A program made the position numbers and the translations under genes. Shown one piece after another: positions 30,904 to 41,350 of a DNA stretch of 64,000 nucleotides. The notes under the pieces were generated by a model. The model did not search any database. It had not been told where the DNA came from and saw only the letters and a list, made by a program, of their open reading frames with translations. How positions within the stretch are numbered: the stretch's first letter is position 1; each line of letters starts with the position of its first letter. The stretch covers positions 4,192,001 to 4,256,000 of the forward strand of contig OZ240248.1 in the NCBI GenBank assembly GCA_965198235.1, written 5' to 3'. The DNA comes from Candidatus Poribacteria bacterium (GTDB lineage Bacteria > Poribacteria > WGA-4E > WGA-3G).

Positions 30904-31011
30904 TGAATCGCGACCAGGTTGCGAATATGTACGCTCTTAATTCTGTCCGATCCCATTAGAAACCGATGATCAGATCGTAACGATGCCCCACAATTAAATA
31001 ATTAAAACTAA

Positions 31012-31860
31012 CTAAACCCTCGCGAATTTCTGGAAACGTCTGTCAGCGACGACTTCACTGACATAGATGTCCCCGTTTGAATCGAGCCAGATGCCGTGTG
31101 GGGAATCACTGAATTGTCCGGGAGCATCTCCCTTCTCGCCCCACCGTCCGATGACTTCACCCTCAAGCGTCATGATGCTGATGCGCTGCCCACCTTCAGC
31201 GATGTGAATGATGTTATCACTATCAATGAAGAGATCATTCGGGGAACGGAGGTCTGTCCACTCAGTCAAGTATTCGCCGTTGTTGTTAAAAATCTGACAG
31301 CGAAGGTTCCCACGATCGAGAATATAGACGCGGTCATTATGGTCCACGGTAACATCGTGCGGGAGATTAAATTCTCCAGGTCCCGTGCCGGGTGCACCCC
31401 ATGAAACGATAACTTCGCCATCGGCAGTCATTCGGTGCACCCGCGACTGTCCATAGCCATCAGAGACGTACATCTCCCCAGATGTTGAAAGCACAGCACG
31501 CGTCGGTTGATTAAAAGGTCCCCCCGGTGCGCCCGGTTGGTTGACGGTGCCGAACGTCTCTAACAATTCCCCATCAAGCGAAAATTTTCGTACAGTGTGA
31601 TCGACGGTGTCTGTGGTATAGATTTCATCGTCGGGACTCATCCAGATACCGTGCGGTTTCTGAAAGATATCCTTGCCCCATTCAGTGACAAACGTGCCGT
31701 CAGCCTCAAAAACGAGCATAGCAGGTTGTGGACTACGATTATAGACATAGACTCTGTCATTTGAGTCACACGCCACGCCGGAAACGAGCCCGAGCTGCGG
31801 AATCATACCCCAACCTTCCACGACTTCATACTGATAATCACCTGTCCCAAAAGATGCCAT
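31012..31860 (-). CDS. NHL-repeat protein (peptidyl-alpha-hydroxyglycine lyase-like six-bladed propeller)
   Basis: PHGI, FNQPT, VSDGYG and GPGEFNLPHD repeats. GGAGG RBS. Confidence 0.85.
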   Translation of the reverse strand: MASFGTGDYQYEVVEGWGMIPQLGLVSGVACDSNDRVYVYNRSPQPAMLVFEADGTFVTEWGKDIFQKPHGIWMSPDDEIYTTDTVDHTVRKFSLDGELLETFGTVNQPGAPGGPFNQPTRAVLSTSGEMYVSDGYGQSRVHRMTADGEVIVSWGAPGTGPGEFNLPHDVTVDHNDRVYILDRGNLRCQIFNNNGEYLTEWTDLRSPNDLFIDSDNIIHIAEGGQRISIMTLEGEVIGRWGEKGDAPGQFSDSPHGIWLDSNGDIYVSEVVADRRFQKFARV

Positions 31861-31874
31861 AGCGATGCCTCCTG

Positions 31875-32537
31875 TTAGGTGCTAACATTTACGTGCTTAG
31901 CAACAATAGACTTTAGAATTTGGACGATGCGCTCTGCTTCCAAAACACCGTTATAAGTTTTCGAAAGTTCAATAGTAAACGCCGGTTTTTCGGTTTCAAT
32001 GTCCCTAACGATCCCGTGAACGAAGGTCCAGCTGTCAGCGACAGTATAACATCCAAAAATCTCCTGATCAGTCTCGGCATCGTTTTTCCAATTGAGCCAC
32101 GCGGCGGCGAGCATTTCGCCATAGAGCTGGAATTGCGGGTTGGGTGCATTAACACCCCGCTTCGTTTCATGGACGACGAGGTAAGGTTGATGCATTCGTC
32201 CTGCAACATAGGGAGCAAGGGTTCCATCGGCTTCACCTTCGAGTTCAAAAGTCGGGTAACTCGCTCTGAGTGGGACTCCCGCCCATGCCTGAACATGTCC
32301 TTGTTCAGCAATTACCAGCAACGGATAAATAGCACGCGCCCAAAGGGTGGCTTCGTTCATGAGTATAAGTTGACGCTTCTGCAGCAGAGATTTTAGATAG
32401 TTAAGTGACCTGATTTCTTCGGGGTCTAGAACTAATGTCATTTCATCCCATTGGTCAGACACATCAGGGCGTTCATGCAGTATCACAAGTGCGTTGAGCG
32501 TTTCTTCAGTGAGTTGTGATAATGGATACGTTTGCAT
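31875..32537 (-). CDS. Hypothetical protein, probable PD-(D/E)xK restriction-endonuclease-like fold
   Basis: GEADG...VVHETKRG...PQFQLYGEMLAA...IFGCYT..DSW.F pattern. Confidence 0.55.
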   Translation of the reverse strand: MQTYPLSQLTEETLNALVILHERPDVSDQWDEMTLVLDPEEIRSLNYLKSLLQKRQLILMNEATLWARAIYPLLVIAEQGHVQAWAGVPLRASYPTFELEGEADGTLAPYVAGRMHQPYLVVHETKRGVNAPNPQFQLYGEMLAAAWLNWKNDAETDQEIFGCYTVADSWTFVHGIVRDIETEKPAFTIELSKTYNGVLEAERIVQILKSIVAKHVNVST

Positions 32538-32660
32538 CGCTGAAAACCTCCTTCCAAGGTGTTCTACAAAACTTTTACTTCTGCTCAGGTAGTTTCAAAG
32601 CCCGCTCCAAAGGGATTTCAAATCTGATAATATCTAATTTTGGGATATATTGCAACCGTT

Positions 32661-34475
32661 TTAAAAGATCCCATTTATAAATAAAACAGCGCGTGTCAGG
32701 TCTCCTTCCTGAAAACCAGTAGCGTAGAGAACATTCGTTTCGTCAATATAGGTATACCGATTCTCGCCGAAAAAATGTGTGATTTCAAAATTCAAGCGGA
32801 ACGTTCGACTTAAGTCGTAATGTAGACCTGCCCCCCAGTCAGAAAGGTTGGCATTGAAGTCGAAGAACCGGTAATTGAAACTGTCAAGGGCATCGTTGAT
32901 GAAATCGATGCGGATGACGCTAAAATATGCAAAAGCACGCGCTTCCCGATAATTATAGAGGCCGTGATCGCGAATCCACGTAAAGTCAAGCTGAATGCGA
33001 TCGTCCCAAGAGTTTTCAGTTGCCCGATCATCTTGATTGAACCGTCCGCGGAAGTCCACAAAATCCCTTGCCCGGTAATAACTCGTATCGGTCACTCGAA
33101 CGTAAGTGAGTCGATTCGACAACGCGATGCGGTACGCCTCACTGAGATCATAAGAGAAAATCAAATTTGCATGTGCGGCATCCCGAATAATCTGTTCATC
33201 AAAATCGGATTTGGTATAGAGATCTGCGTCCAAATCATCTTGATTGTCAATTTCAACGTCGTGTAGGTCGCGTGTATAACGGAGTTTGAGTTCTGTCTGG
33301 AACATTGAAGAGATCAATGACGTGGTCGAGGCATATTTCCTAAATCGTAATTCTGCTGGATCCAGATAGTAAAGGTTCCCACGCCCATCAATTCCTTTGA
33401 GTTGGAGTGCAACATCTGTTTCAACTTCTCGCCGAAACGGGATAAGAAGTTTCTGCCTATAGGCACCATCTGTGGTAAACCGTTGGATACGCCGTAGCCG
33501 ATAGCGAAACAACTTTGTATCGCCATCATAGCGTCGCGTCGGATCGTCACGTCGTTTCGGAAGCGTGGAGGCGAAGTCCTTTAGGTACTTCGCTGTATCA
33601 GCGATAAGAAGTGTTCCATCTGTCAATGCCGCTATCCGAAAAGGTGCGATAAATTCCCTAGCTGCATCGCCATACTTGCCAAAGGCACGCTCGAACTTTC
33701 CATCGGCATTATATTTTAGTACCCGATGCCCCTTTTCATCAACAATATAAAGATTCCCAACTTTATCCACCGCCATATCCGCGGGATGTGCGATGTGCCC
33801 TGCCCCTGGTTGGTCAAGGAAATAGTGGTCAACTGTCTTGCCGCTCGCATCAAGTTTGACAATAAGCTTATTCGGCACATCGCTGTCGCAAACATAGAGA
33901 TTATTATGTACATCGATTGTTAGTAAAAATTCCCGTTTCGTGTCTCCCTGTGGGATAATCAGCGCATAATTACCATCTGCATCCAAGCCGGGAGCGGCGG
34001 ATTCAAGACGCTTTATCCGTTGGCTCAAATCCTGAATCGGGTAATTTGCGACGAATACACCCTGAGCGTCAAATTTATGGATACACGGACCGTAGTTGAA
34101 GACCTTGGGACCTTGCCCTTTTTGTAGGTTTGCGTCTGAAACCTCCACAAACATCCAGTCCATTACATAGATACTACTATCCGTGCCAATAGCGATAGCC
34201 GTAGGGTTAATGAACCGAAATTCGCTCTCTGCCTCCATCTGGATGTCAAATACAAAACCTCCCATCTCATTGAACTTCTGGATTCGGAAGTTATCTGTAT
34301 CCGTTACATAAATACCACCATCAGGTCCAAACGCCATGAACAAGGTTTTTGCGAATTGTGCTTCACCCGCCCCTTTCCCACCAAACGCATTAACAAATTT
34401 GAATTCCTGTGCAGCGTTTATGTGTATTGGAAGCAGGAGTAGCAGACAAAGCGTTACGTTTTTCAAGTTAAACAT
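32661..34475 (-). CDS. Secreted NHL-repeat protein with C-terminal beta-barrel-like domain
   Basis: Signal peptide, NHL repeats (YVTDTDNFRIQKF, YIVDEKGHRVLKY), alternating aromatic C-terminal strands and terminal Phe. Confidence 0.7.
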   Translation of the reverse strand: MFNLKNVTLCLLLLLPIHINAAQEFKFVNAFGGKGAGEAQFAKTLFMAFGPDGGIYVTDTDNFRIQKFNEMGGFVFDIQMEAESEFRFINPTAIAIGTDSSIYVMDWMFVEVSDANLQKGQGPKVFNYGPCIHKFDAQGVFVANYPIQDLSQRIKRLESAAPGLDADGNYALIIPQGDTKREFLLTIDVHNNLYVCDSDVPNKLIVKLDASGKTVDHYFLDQPGAGHIAHPADMAVDKVGNLYIVDEKGHRVLKYNADGKFERAFGKYGDAAREFIAPFRIAALTDGTLLIADTAKYLKDFASTLPKRRDDPTRRYDGDTKLFRYRLRRIQRFTTDGAYRQKLLIPFRREVETDVALQLKGIDGRGNLYYLDPAELRFRKYASTTSLISSMFQTELKLRYTRDLHDVEIDNQDDLDADLYTKSDFDEQIIRDAAHANLIFSYDLSEAYRIALSNRLTYVRVTDTSYYRARDFVDFRGRFNQDDRATENSWDDRIQLDFTWIRDHGLYNYREARAFAYFSVIRIDFINDALDSFNYRFFDFNANLSDWGAGLHYDLSRTFRLNFEITHFFGENRYTYIDETNVLYATGFQEGDLTRAVLFINGIF

Positions 34476-34545
34476 TTGCTACTTTATAGAATCACTAAAC
34501 CTTTCCTATCCTCTTGACATAGTGTTTGTTCCGCGGTCAGGTATG

Positions 34546-34965
34546 CTAAGATTCAGGAACATGCGGATGTTTTTTTTGGATATTATCCAAGATACCATTG
34601 ATAAATTTAGGGGAGTCCGGCGTACTGTAGGATTTAGCAATCTCAATAGCCTCGTTGATCGAGGTCGCTAGGTCAATATCGTCAATATAGAGAATTTCAT
34701 AAGTTGCACATCGCAGAATAGAGAGATCGACAACAGGCATTCGGTGGAGTTTCCAATTTTTGGATGTGTTTTGAAGTAATGTATCAATCGCCTCCAGATG
34801 TGCGGTAGTGCCCTCAACAAGTTCCAACGCGAAGGGTCGAAGTTTTACCGATGTGTCTTGGCTTTGCCAAAACCGTTCTATAACGATTGATGCTGGCGCG
34901 GCGGTAAGTTGAATCTGATACAGTATTTGCATCGCAACGATGCGAGATTGTCTACGAAGAGACAT
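34546..34965 (-). CDS. nusB: Transcription antitermination factor NusB
   Basis: RRQSR..AMQ.LYQ, W.L.RMP.VD..ILR, INEAIEIAK and FINGILD. Confidence 0.95.
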   Translation of the reverse strand: MSLRRQSRIVAMQILYQIQLTAAPASIVIERFWQSQDTSVKLRPFALELVEGTTAHLEAIDTLLQNTSKNWKLHRMPVVDLSILRCATYEILYIDDIDLATSINEAIEIAKSYSTPDSPKFINGILDNIQKKHPHVPES

Positions 34966-35294
34966 AATGTGTCCTGACTTTTCGATCTTAGAATGTTAAC
35001 GCGCGCAGACCCTTTTTCGTATACACTACTTTGTATTATACACAGTTTCTGACAGCATGTCAAACAAAACTCCAGAGGCGTTCAGTTCTCTTGCTGTGCA
35101 ATCTCCGAATCCGTAATCTCAGAGATCATCGGTTGTCAAAACATCTCGTAACCGATAACTCAAAACCCTAAACTAACGTGAACGTGAGATTGATAATAAA
35201 AGTATGGTAGAAACTAAGCGAGAGAACCACTAAGTCTCACCCAAGTCCTGAACTCCGAAACACTCTGCTTTAACTGTCGCACACATGTCAGTAT

Positions 35295-37841
35295 CTAACC
35301 GAGAAGGGCGTTAAAAAACAACTTAAACGTCCCACGGGTTTGTGCGCGGAACTGCGGTCGAAATCCGAAAAGGATGACACGCCCCGCACCATACTGCGCT
35401 GAGACCATAGCCGCCTGTTCCGAGAGTTGGTCTTCGCCGACAAGCCAGCCGCTTTTCAAGATAGCCTTTTCTGGATATTGAACAACGAGCTCGTATCTTT
35501 CGCTGAAGCGTGAGTGTTGAATCTCGAATGCCGGGCTACCCCAAAACAGTATGAGAGTTTCATCAGGCATACCGTACCCGAGCGGGTGATTTGCGTCAAC
35601 AACCGCTTTCAATGTCGAGCCAGGACAGAAGAACGACTTCGACGACTTTCCTTTAAGGGTATTGCTGACCTGCAAATCCAATTTCTCAATCGCAAACTCA
35701 CATGCTTCGTTAAGGGCAAGTAGCGTTCCACCGTCCTCAACGAACTGCTTAATCGCTTTGACCCCTTCCTTACCAATGCCGCTCCGGTATGCTGGCGGAA
35801 CGTCGAACTCCTTCGATTCATCTTCGTCGGCTTCATCCGTTTCCGCTTTGCCGACGATCCTGTTGATCGTGTCGTCAGGGAGTATGAAAACGTCAAGTCG
35901 CTGACTCAGGTCGCCACTCGTGATGTCATCGTCTTTCAACGTCTGATAGGGGAATCCGAACTGCTCAAGGACCAATCGCGTCCAACCTTCATCCATATTG
36001 CCCCCGTGGTATCGCTGGTACATACCGACGCGCAATTGTTGGACATCATGCCGGGGGACCGAAAGCTCCTGTTCTAAGGCATAGAACGTGGTCCCGAAAT
36101 CGAGCGTGAATCCGTCAAGTGCCTCTTTCGATTCAGCGGGGACCACAAACGCCCCCGGTGGAAATTGCGTATCGCCGACTTCGATTGCCTCATCAACCCG
36201 TATAACTTGGATGTCTCGCGCCAGCAATTGGTTGACGAGCCTGAAACTTTCATTGAGTCGCCCGTCGAAGATATAACCAAATTCTGATTCACCAACCAAC
36301 CGCCCCGTGGGCTGCTCGGGTGCTGTAAGCAGAGCGAAAGTAGCGTTATCGCACGCTAAAGCATCGACAGGTTCGACATTCACGCCCATAAACTCCGCGA
36401 TTGTGTCTGTCGCCGTGTCATACGGGGGATTTGGCGTACCTTCGGGCGTGCGTGTCCAAGCGTCATCAGGGAAAAAGGTCTGTCCGAGCAAGGTTTTGAT
36501 GATCGCCATTTTCGGCTGATTGAGGAAAATGGCGTATGTACCTGCCGGATAGGTTAAATCATTGGCGGTGAAGGTTTGTGTTGCTTTTTGGATGTCAATG
36601 CCCTGGGCGAGCAGTTTATTAATCAGATCCACGACGGTTAAGGTATCATGCTGTATCGGACGGATGAGATATGCGTTTGGCGTACATGTCGCGCCACGCG
36701 CTGTCTGCCGCTTCGCTTTCAGATATGCGTTCGACAGGATGGTATCTTTGTGCCGCGCGGCTAAATCAAGCAAGCCCCACGCTGCAATCTTCTGTTGTTC
36801 AACGATGTCGCGTAATCGCCACCAACCGCCCAGCCACGGATGAGGAAAATTGGTCTGGGGTTTATAATGCGGAAACGCTCTGAGTCGCCCACCTTGGGAT
36901 TTTAATTGCCCCTTGTGGATATATAGGGGTGTCGCCAACTTTGTGTGTGCGGATTCTGTCAAGATGCTGGCGATGTTGTGATAATTCCCAATCCAGTGGA
37001 ATCCGAGGTGACTCCACGCTGGAAATTGTGCGGCATTCAGGACACCTGTCTTACCCGCCTCTTCCAGTCTATATGCCATGTGCGCCCCGTACCAGCTTAT
37101 TTCCCGCCAGACGAGTGGGTCGGCGTGCGGGTGAATCGGCTCACAATAAGGAGCGACGTACAGGCGTGCCCCGTAACTCCCCATCTCGTGGTGGTCTTGG
37201 AACACTTGTGGGTGCCACTCCTGAAACAGAATCCGTGCGACGTATTGCGATTCGACCAAATTCAACATAAAGGCGTCACGGTTGTTGTCGTGCCCGGCAT
37301 ATTTATGATAAAGCCACGGAAGATTACAGCCCTCGTATTCGGTATCGAGATATTTGTTGTACCAATCTGTCGTCATGACCAGACCGTCCGGGTTCAGGCA
37401 GGGAAACATCAGGAAAATCACGTTATCGAGAATGTGTTGGGTTTCCGCATCCGTTCTGGTTATCAAATCGTAGGTGAGTTCCGATGCCATCTGCGTGCTC
37501 CCGATCTCGGTGGCGTGAATGCCCATTGACTGACAGAGTACTACCTTTCCCTCGCTGATCAAAGACTTCGCCGCGTCCTCCGAGAGTCCCCGGGCATCGC
37601 TTATTTGGGCGTTGACCGCTTGCAGACGCGCTAAATTCGTCAGATTTTGCGGCGATGAGATGAAGGCTAACAGAAACGGGTTCCCCTCTGTAGAAGGCCC
37701 CATATCAATGACTCGCAGGCAGTCGCTCTCCTGCTCTAACAGCCGCAAGTACGCAACGATCCTGTCCCAAGTGGCGATCTTACGGTCACAGCCAAGTTGG
37801 AATCCAAAGAATGCTTCGGGGGAAGTCACTTGATTGTTCAT
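35295..37841 (-). CDS. M14 zinc carboxypeptidase family protein with C-terminal class I GATase-like domain
   Basis: IHATE, NPDG, HDNNRD, DHHEMG, MDEGWTR and GFRPQFRAQ. ATG 37841 follows AGGAGA. Confidence 0.85.
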   Translation of the reverse strand: MNNQVTSPEAFFGFQLGCDRKIATWDRIVAYLRLLEQESDCLRVIDMGPSTEGNPFLLAFISSPQNLTNLARLQAVNAQISDARGLSEDAAKSLISEGKVVLCQSMGIHATEIGSTQMASELTYDLITRTDAETQHILDNVIFLMFPCLNPDGLVMTTDWYNKYLDTEYEGCNLPWLYHKYAGHDNNRDAFMLNLVESQYVARILFQEWHPQVFQDHHEMGSYGARLYVAPYCEPIHPHADPLVWREISWYGAHMAYRLEEAGKTGVLNAAQFPAWSHLGFHWIGNYHNIASILTESAHTKLATPLYIHKGQLKSQGGRLRAFPHYKPQTNFPHPWLGGWWRLRDIVEQQKIAAWGLLDLAARHKDTILSNAYLKAKRQTARGATCTPNAYLIRPIQHDTLTVVDLINKLLAQGIDIQKATQTFTANDLTYPAGTYAIFLNQPKMAIIKTLLGQTFFPDDAWTRTPEGTPNPPYDTATDTIAEFMGVNVEPVDALACDNATFALLTAPEQPTGRLVGESEFGYIFDGRLNESFRLVNQLLARDIQVIRVDEAIEVGDTQFPPGAFVVPAESKEALDGFTLDFGTTFYALEQELSVPRHDVQQLRVGMYQRYHGGNMDEGWTRLVLEQFGFPYQTLKDDDITSGDLSQRLDVFILPDDTINRIVGKAETDEADEDESKEFDVPPAYRSGIGKEGVKAIKQFVEDGGTLLALNEACEFAIEKLDLQVSNTLKGKSSKSFFCPGSTLKAVVDANHPLGYGMPDETLILFWGSPAFEIQHSRFSERYELVVQYPEKAILKSGWLVGEDQLSEQAAMVSAQYGAGRVILFGFRPQFRAQTRGTFKLFFNALLG

Positions 37842-37935
37842 TATGTCTCCTCTTTCGATGATTGGTACTTGAGAATGCCAGCATCCAGATTGTATCATGA
37901 TTCCTTGAAAAATTGAACAGAAATTCCTAAGAGGA

Positions 37936-38077
37936 CAGAGGCATTCAGTTTTAAGGTTTTTATCCGATTTACGCGAAGAGTCGCGAGCTGGGGGAAACGC
38001 CCAAGCAAAAACACTCACTCCTACAGGGGATCCGCTCAAACCGAAAATCTAAAATTTCGGAAAATCGAATGGCTCTG
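37936..38077. mobile_element. 142-bp MITE, CAGAG(G/C)CATTC family, 9-bp TSD
   Basis: Ends CAGAGGCATTC / GAATGGCTCTG, with CTAAGAGGA duplicated at 37927-37935 and 38078-38086. Confidence 0.9.
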
Positions 38078-38353
38078 CTAAGAGGACTTACGCCGTTCAG
38101 CGATCACACCTCGGTTCTATCTTTCTCTGATATTCGGTATTGGGTTCAATATCCAAGATGCAGGCGTTCAGAGATTCACGATTCAGGATTCACGTTAAAC
38201 CCATAATCACACCCACCAGCAAAAATGTCCCCTTAAATTTCGGATTTTACTATAATATGTCAACAAGGCATCCACAATGCTTGAAATACTTGACAATTCT
38301 GTGAAAAACTTTTAGAATTCAGCGTATTAGTCTTCAGCAAAAGGAAAAAACTT

Positions 38354-39955
38354 GTGAATTTACACAAAAGGGAATATGGAACCGTCGCTGGACCACACCC
38401 CCGCACTGCCCAAGCGGGGTTTAAAATGCTCCTTGCAGGTGGAAACGCCGTTGATGCCGCTGTTGCCGCTGCCTTTGCGGAAGGGGTTGTGGAACCCTCA
38501 CATAACGGTATCGCGGGATACGGTGGCTGTGTGCTTATCTATCGCAAGAAAACGCAAGATGTCATTACCATAGACTACAACACCGCCGCACCGTCTGCTG
38601 CTTCTGAGGATATGTTTACGATTGAAGAGGCTCCCGACGCACCTGCCGGCTACCGGGTGCCGGGACGCGTAAACGTTCACGGACCGTTGTCTATAGGTGT
38701 ACCAGGGGTCGTCGCCGGCTTATGCTTGGCTTTAGAGGAGTTCGGAAGTCTGCCACTCACAGAAATCCTCCGGCCAGCCATCAATTCTGCCCGCTACGGC
38801 TATGCGCCGAACAGCGCGAACCGCGGTGGGATAGCAGGAAATGCCGAACGATGGAAACAGGACTTCCCTGAAACGGCACGTATCTTCCTCAAAAATGGTA
38901 GACCGCCGAAGAAAGGGGAAACACTCACCAATCCTGAACTCGCCCGAACCTTGGAGGCGGTCGCTGAAGGCGGACACCCCGCATTCTACGAAGGCACAAT
39001 TGCTGAAACAATCGCAAACCACATTCAGGAATTAGGTGGATGCCTAACCGTGAATGACCTCAAGAACTACCGCCCCTTCATCACAGAACCTTACAAAATT
39101 CAGTATCGAGGCTACTCGGTCTATACCGCACCGCTCGGAGCAGGTGGACTGACCACTTTACAGATGCTCCGATTGGTGGAGAGATTTGACGTGGCAACAA
39201 TGTCCGTCCCTGAAAGGTTCCACCTTTTCGCTGAAGCCATGAAAGTCTGCTGGCCCGAAAGACTCCGTCGATTTGGGGATCCAACTTTCATAGATATAGA
39301 TATCGAAACGGAACTCTCCGATAGTTTCACAGCGACCCTCAGCGAAAAACTGAATGCAGGACTTGAATCGCCGCAACCGGGGGAGGTCGTCTACTACGAA
39401 CCGATGAACTGCACAAGTCACATATCTACTGCGGACGCACAAGGAAATATGGTATCTCTAACACAAACGCACGGCGGTGGATTCGGTTCAATGGTGACAG
39501 TCCCGGGAACCGGTCTACTCTTCGGACACGGTGTCGGACGTTTCGATCCTCGACCGGGGATTGCGAACTCAGTCGGACCCGGCAAACGTCCACTTCACAA
39601 CATGGCTCCGTTTCTCGCCACGCGGGACGGTAAACCTTTCGCTACTTACGGTATCCCCGGCGGCAGAACTATCCCGAACAATCAGTTTAACATTAGCGTG
39701 AGTCTCTTCGATTTGCAGGTGCCGATGCAAAGCGCCCTGGACGCACCACGGCTTCATACAGACGGTGCTGAACCGATCCAAGTCGAACCTCGCGCAGGTG
39801 AAGAGACGCTCACAGCGTTACGAGAACTCGGACACGAAGTCACACCAAGTGCGGGCATCGGAGGTCCAGGACACGGTGTTCGCGTCTCGGACGATGGAAC
39901 TCATCATGACGGTGGCACGGATCCACGCGGTGAAGGCAAAGTGATGGCGAAATAA
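38354..39955 (+). CDS. ggt: Gamma-glutamyltransferase family protein
   Basis: GGNAVDAAVA, GVPG, autocatalytic TSH, GPGKRP and GGTDPR. Confidence 0.9.
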   Translation: MNLHKREYGTVAGPHPRTAQAGFKMLLAGGNAVDAAVAAAFAEGVVEPSHNGIAGYGGCVLIYRKKTQDVITIDYNTAAPSAASEDMFTIEEAPDAPAGYRVPGRVNVHGPLSIGVPGVVAGLCLALEEFGSLPLTEILRPAINSARYGYAPNSANRGGIAGNAERWKQDFPETARIFLKNGRPPKKGETLTNPELARTLEAVAEGGHPAFYEGTIAETIANHIQELGGCLTVNDLKNYRPFITEPYKIQYRGYSVYTAPLGAGGLTTLQMLRLVERFDVATMSVPERFHLFAEAMKVCWPERLRRFGDPTFIDIDIETELSDSFTATLSEKLNAGLESPQPGEVVYYEPMNCTSHISTADAQGNMVSLTQTHGGGFGSMVTVPGTGLLFGHGVGRFDPRPGIANSVGPGKRPLHNMAPFLATRDGKPFATYGIPGGRTIPNNQFNISVSLFDLQVPMQSALDAPRLHTDGAEPIQVEPRAGEETLTALRELGHEVTPSAGIGGPGHGVRVSDDGTHHDGGTDPRGEGKVMAK

Positions 39956-39969
39956 CAGGAGATCTGGCA

Positions 39970-40758
39970 ATGGCTTTCTGTAACGATGCACTCGCTGGAC
40001 TACATATCGTTATTTCCGGCGGGTGCGGAGCGATCGGACTTGGAATCGTCAAAAAATTAATGGCACACGGCGCAAACGTAACGGTGAACGACATCCTGTC
40101 GGATCAACAGGCAGCAGACCGACTCAGTCAGAACGGCATTGACATATCAAAAATAAACTATGTTAAGGCAGACCTGACCGACACCGACGAAACCGATATG
40201 CTGGTAAATACTGCTCGTAAACGGTTCGGACCTATCCACGTCGCTCTGTGTCATATCGGTATGGTGATTCCGAAACCGTTGTTGGAATACAACGCAGAAG
40301 AATGGGATGAGACCATGGCGGTCAATGTGCGGACAGCGTTCTTATTGGGCAGTGCCGCATCCCGTTCAATGCTTGAAGACGGCATTAAAGGACAACTCAT
40401 TTTTACGACATCTTGGGTCGCTGATGTGCCGTGGCCCGAGATTGGACCGTATAACGCAAGCAAGGCTGCAATGAAGCAGTTGATGCGTTCCTTTGCACGG
40501 GAACTCGCGGATAAAGGAATTCGCGCAAACGCAGTCGCACCCGGGATCGTCAGCGTTGGGCTTGCAAAACAACAGTGGGATACGGATCCAACCTACCGTG
40601 CTCGGGCACAGAAAGCAATCCCTCTTAGCGTTATGCAACCGCTTGATTCGGTGGCAGACGCCTTTCTATTTTTGTGCAGTACCGCTGCAGATTATATGAC
40701 TGGAACAGTGCTACTCGTAGACGGTGGATGTAGTCTGTATCCAATGGATGATGCCTAA
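39970..40758 (+). CDS. SDR family oxidoreductase
   Basis: SGGCGAIG, YNASK, NAVAPG and VDGG. Confidence 0.9.
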   Translation: MAFCNDALAGLHIVISGGCGAIGLGIVKKLMAHGANVTVNDILSDQQAADRLSQNGIDISKINYVKADLTDTDETDMLVNTARKRFGPIHVALCHIGMVIPKPLLEYNAEEWDETMAVNVRTAFLLGSAASRSMLEDGIKGQLIFTTSWVADVPWPEIGPYNASKAAMKQLMRSFARELADKGIRANAVAPGIVSVGLAKQQWDTDPTYRARAQKAIPLSVMQPLDSVADAFLFLCSTAADYMTGTVLLVDGGCSLYPMDDA

Positions 40759-40959
40759 TTCGCCAAGGATAGACAAAACAAATTTTCGCGTGGTTTAGTA
40801 AGCAGGTTTCGGTGTCAGACGGTTCTAATCTATTTTGAAACCAAAGCCGGGGACCGAAACCTTTCAGAAGTAACGACATCAATCGGAAAATTCCAGCAGC
40901 GTTTTCCGATGCAATTTCAATCTCGTGTTTCGTAAAAGGCACGAAAAGACGGAGAAATT

Positions 40960-41286
40960 ATGTCACAATTTGTAAAAGCCGCGACAATCGACCAGATTCA
41001 ACCCGGTAAATGTATTGGTGTGAAAGTCGAAGGCGTTTTCATCGGCATCTACAACGTGAAGGGCGAGTATTACGCCATGAACAATATCTGCCCACACCTC
41101 GGTGGCGTTTTGAGTTACGGCTTTTTAGATAACAACTGTGTTACCTGCCCACTCCACATGTGGGAATTTAATGTAACAACAGGTGAGTGTGTGTGGCCAG
41201 GTGAGGAGAAATTACCCACCTATCCTGTCAAAGTGGAGGGCGAAGATATCTTTGTGAATGTGGAAACACCGCTCCACGCGAGTTAG
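40960..41286 (+). CDS. Rieske [2Fe-2S] ferredoxin
   Basis: CPHLG and CPLH motifs. Confidence 0.92.
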   Translation: MSQFVKAATIDQIQPGKCIGVKVEGVFIGIYNVKGEYYAMNNICPHLGGVLSYGFLDNNCVTCPLHMWEFNVTTGECVWPGEEKLPTYPVKVEGEDIFVNVETPLHAS

Positions 41287-41350
41287 CACCAGTTTTGGTA
41301 AAACGGCGCGGTCATCCGATCGCGCCCGTTGAAGAAGGAGAAAAAACATT

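Noticed and set aside
37842-38039. N-terminal extension of the M14 peptidase ORF (also the extensions of purD, lptG and the Ste14-family gene)
   Set aside because: The extensions run through repeat or intergenic DNA, and family homology begins at the downstream starts, most of which have an RBS.
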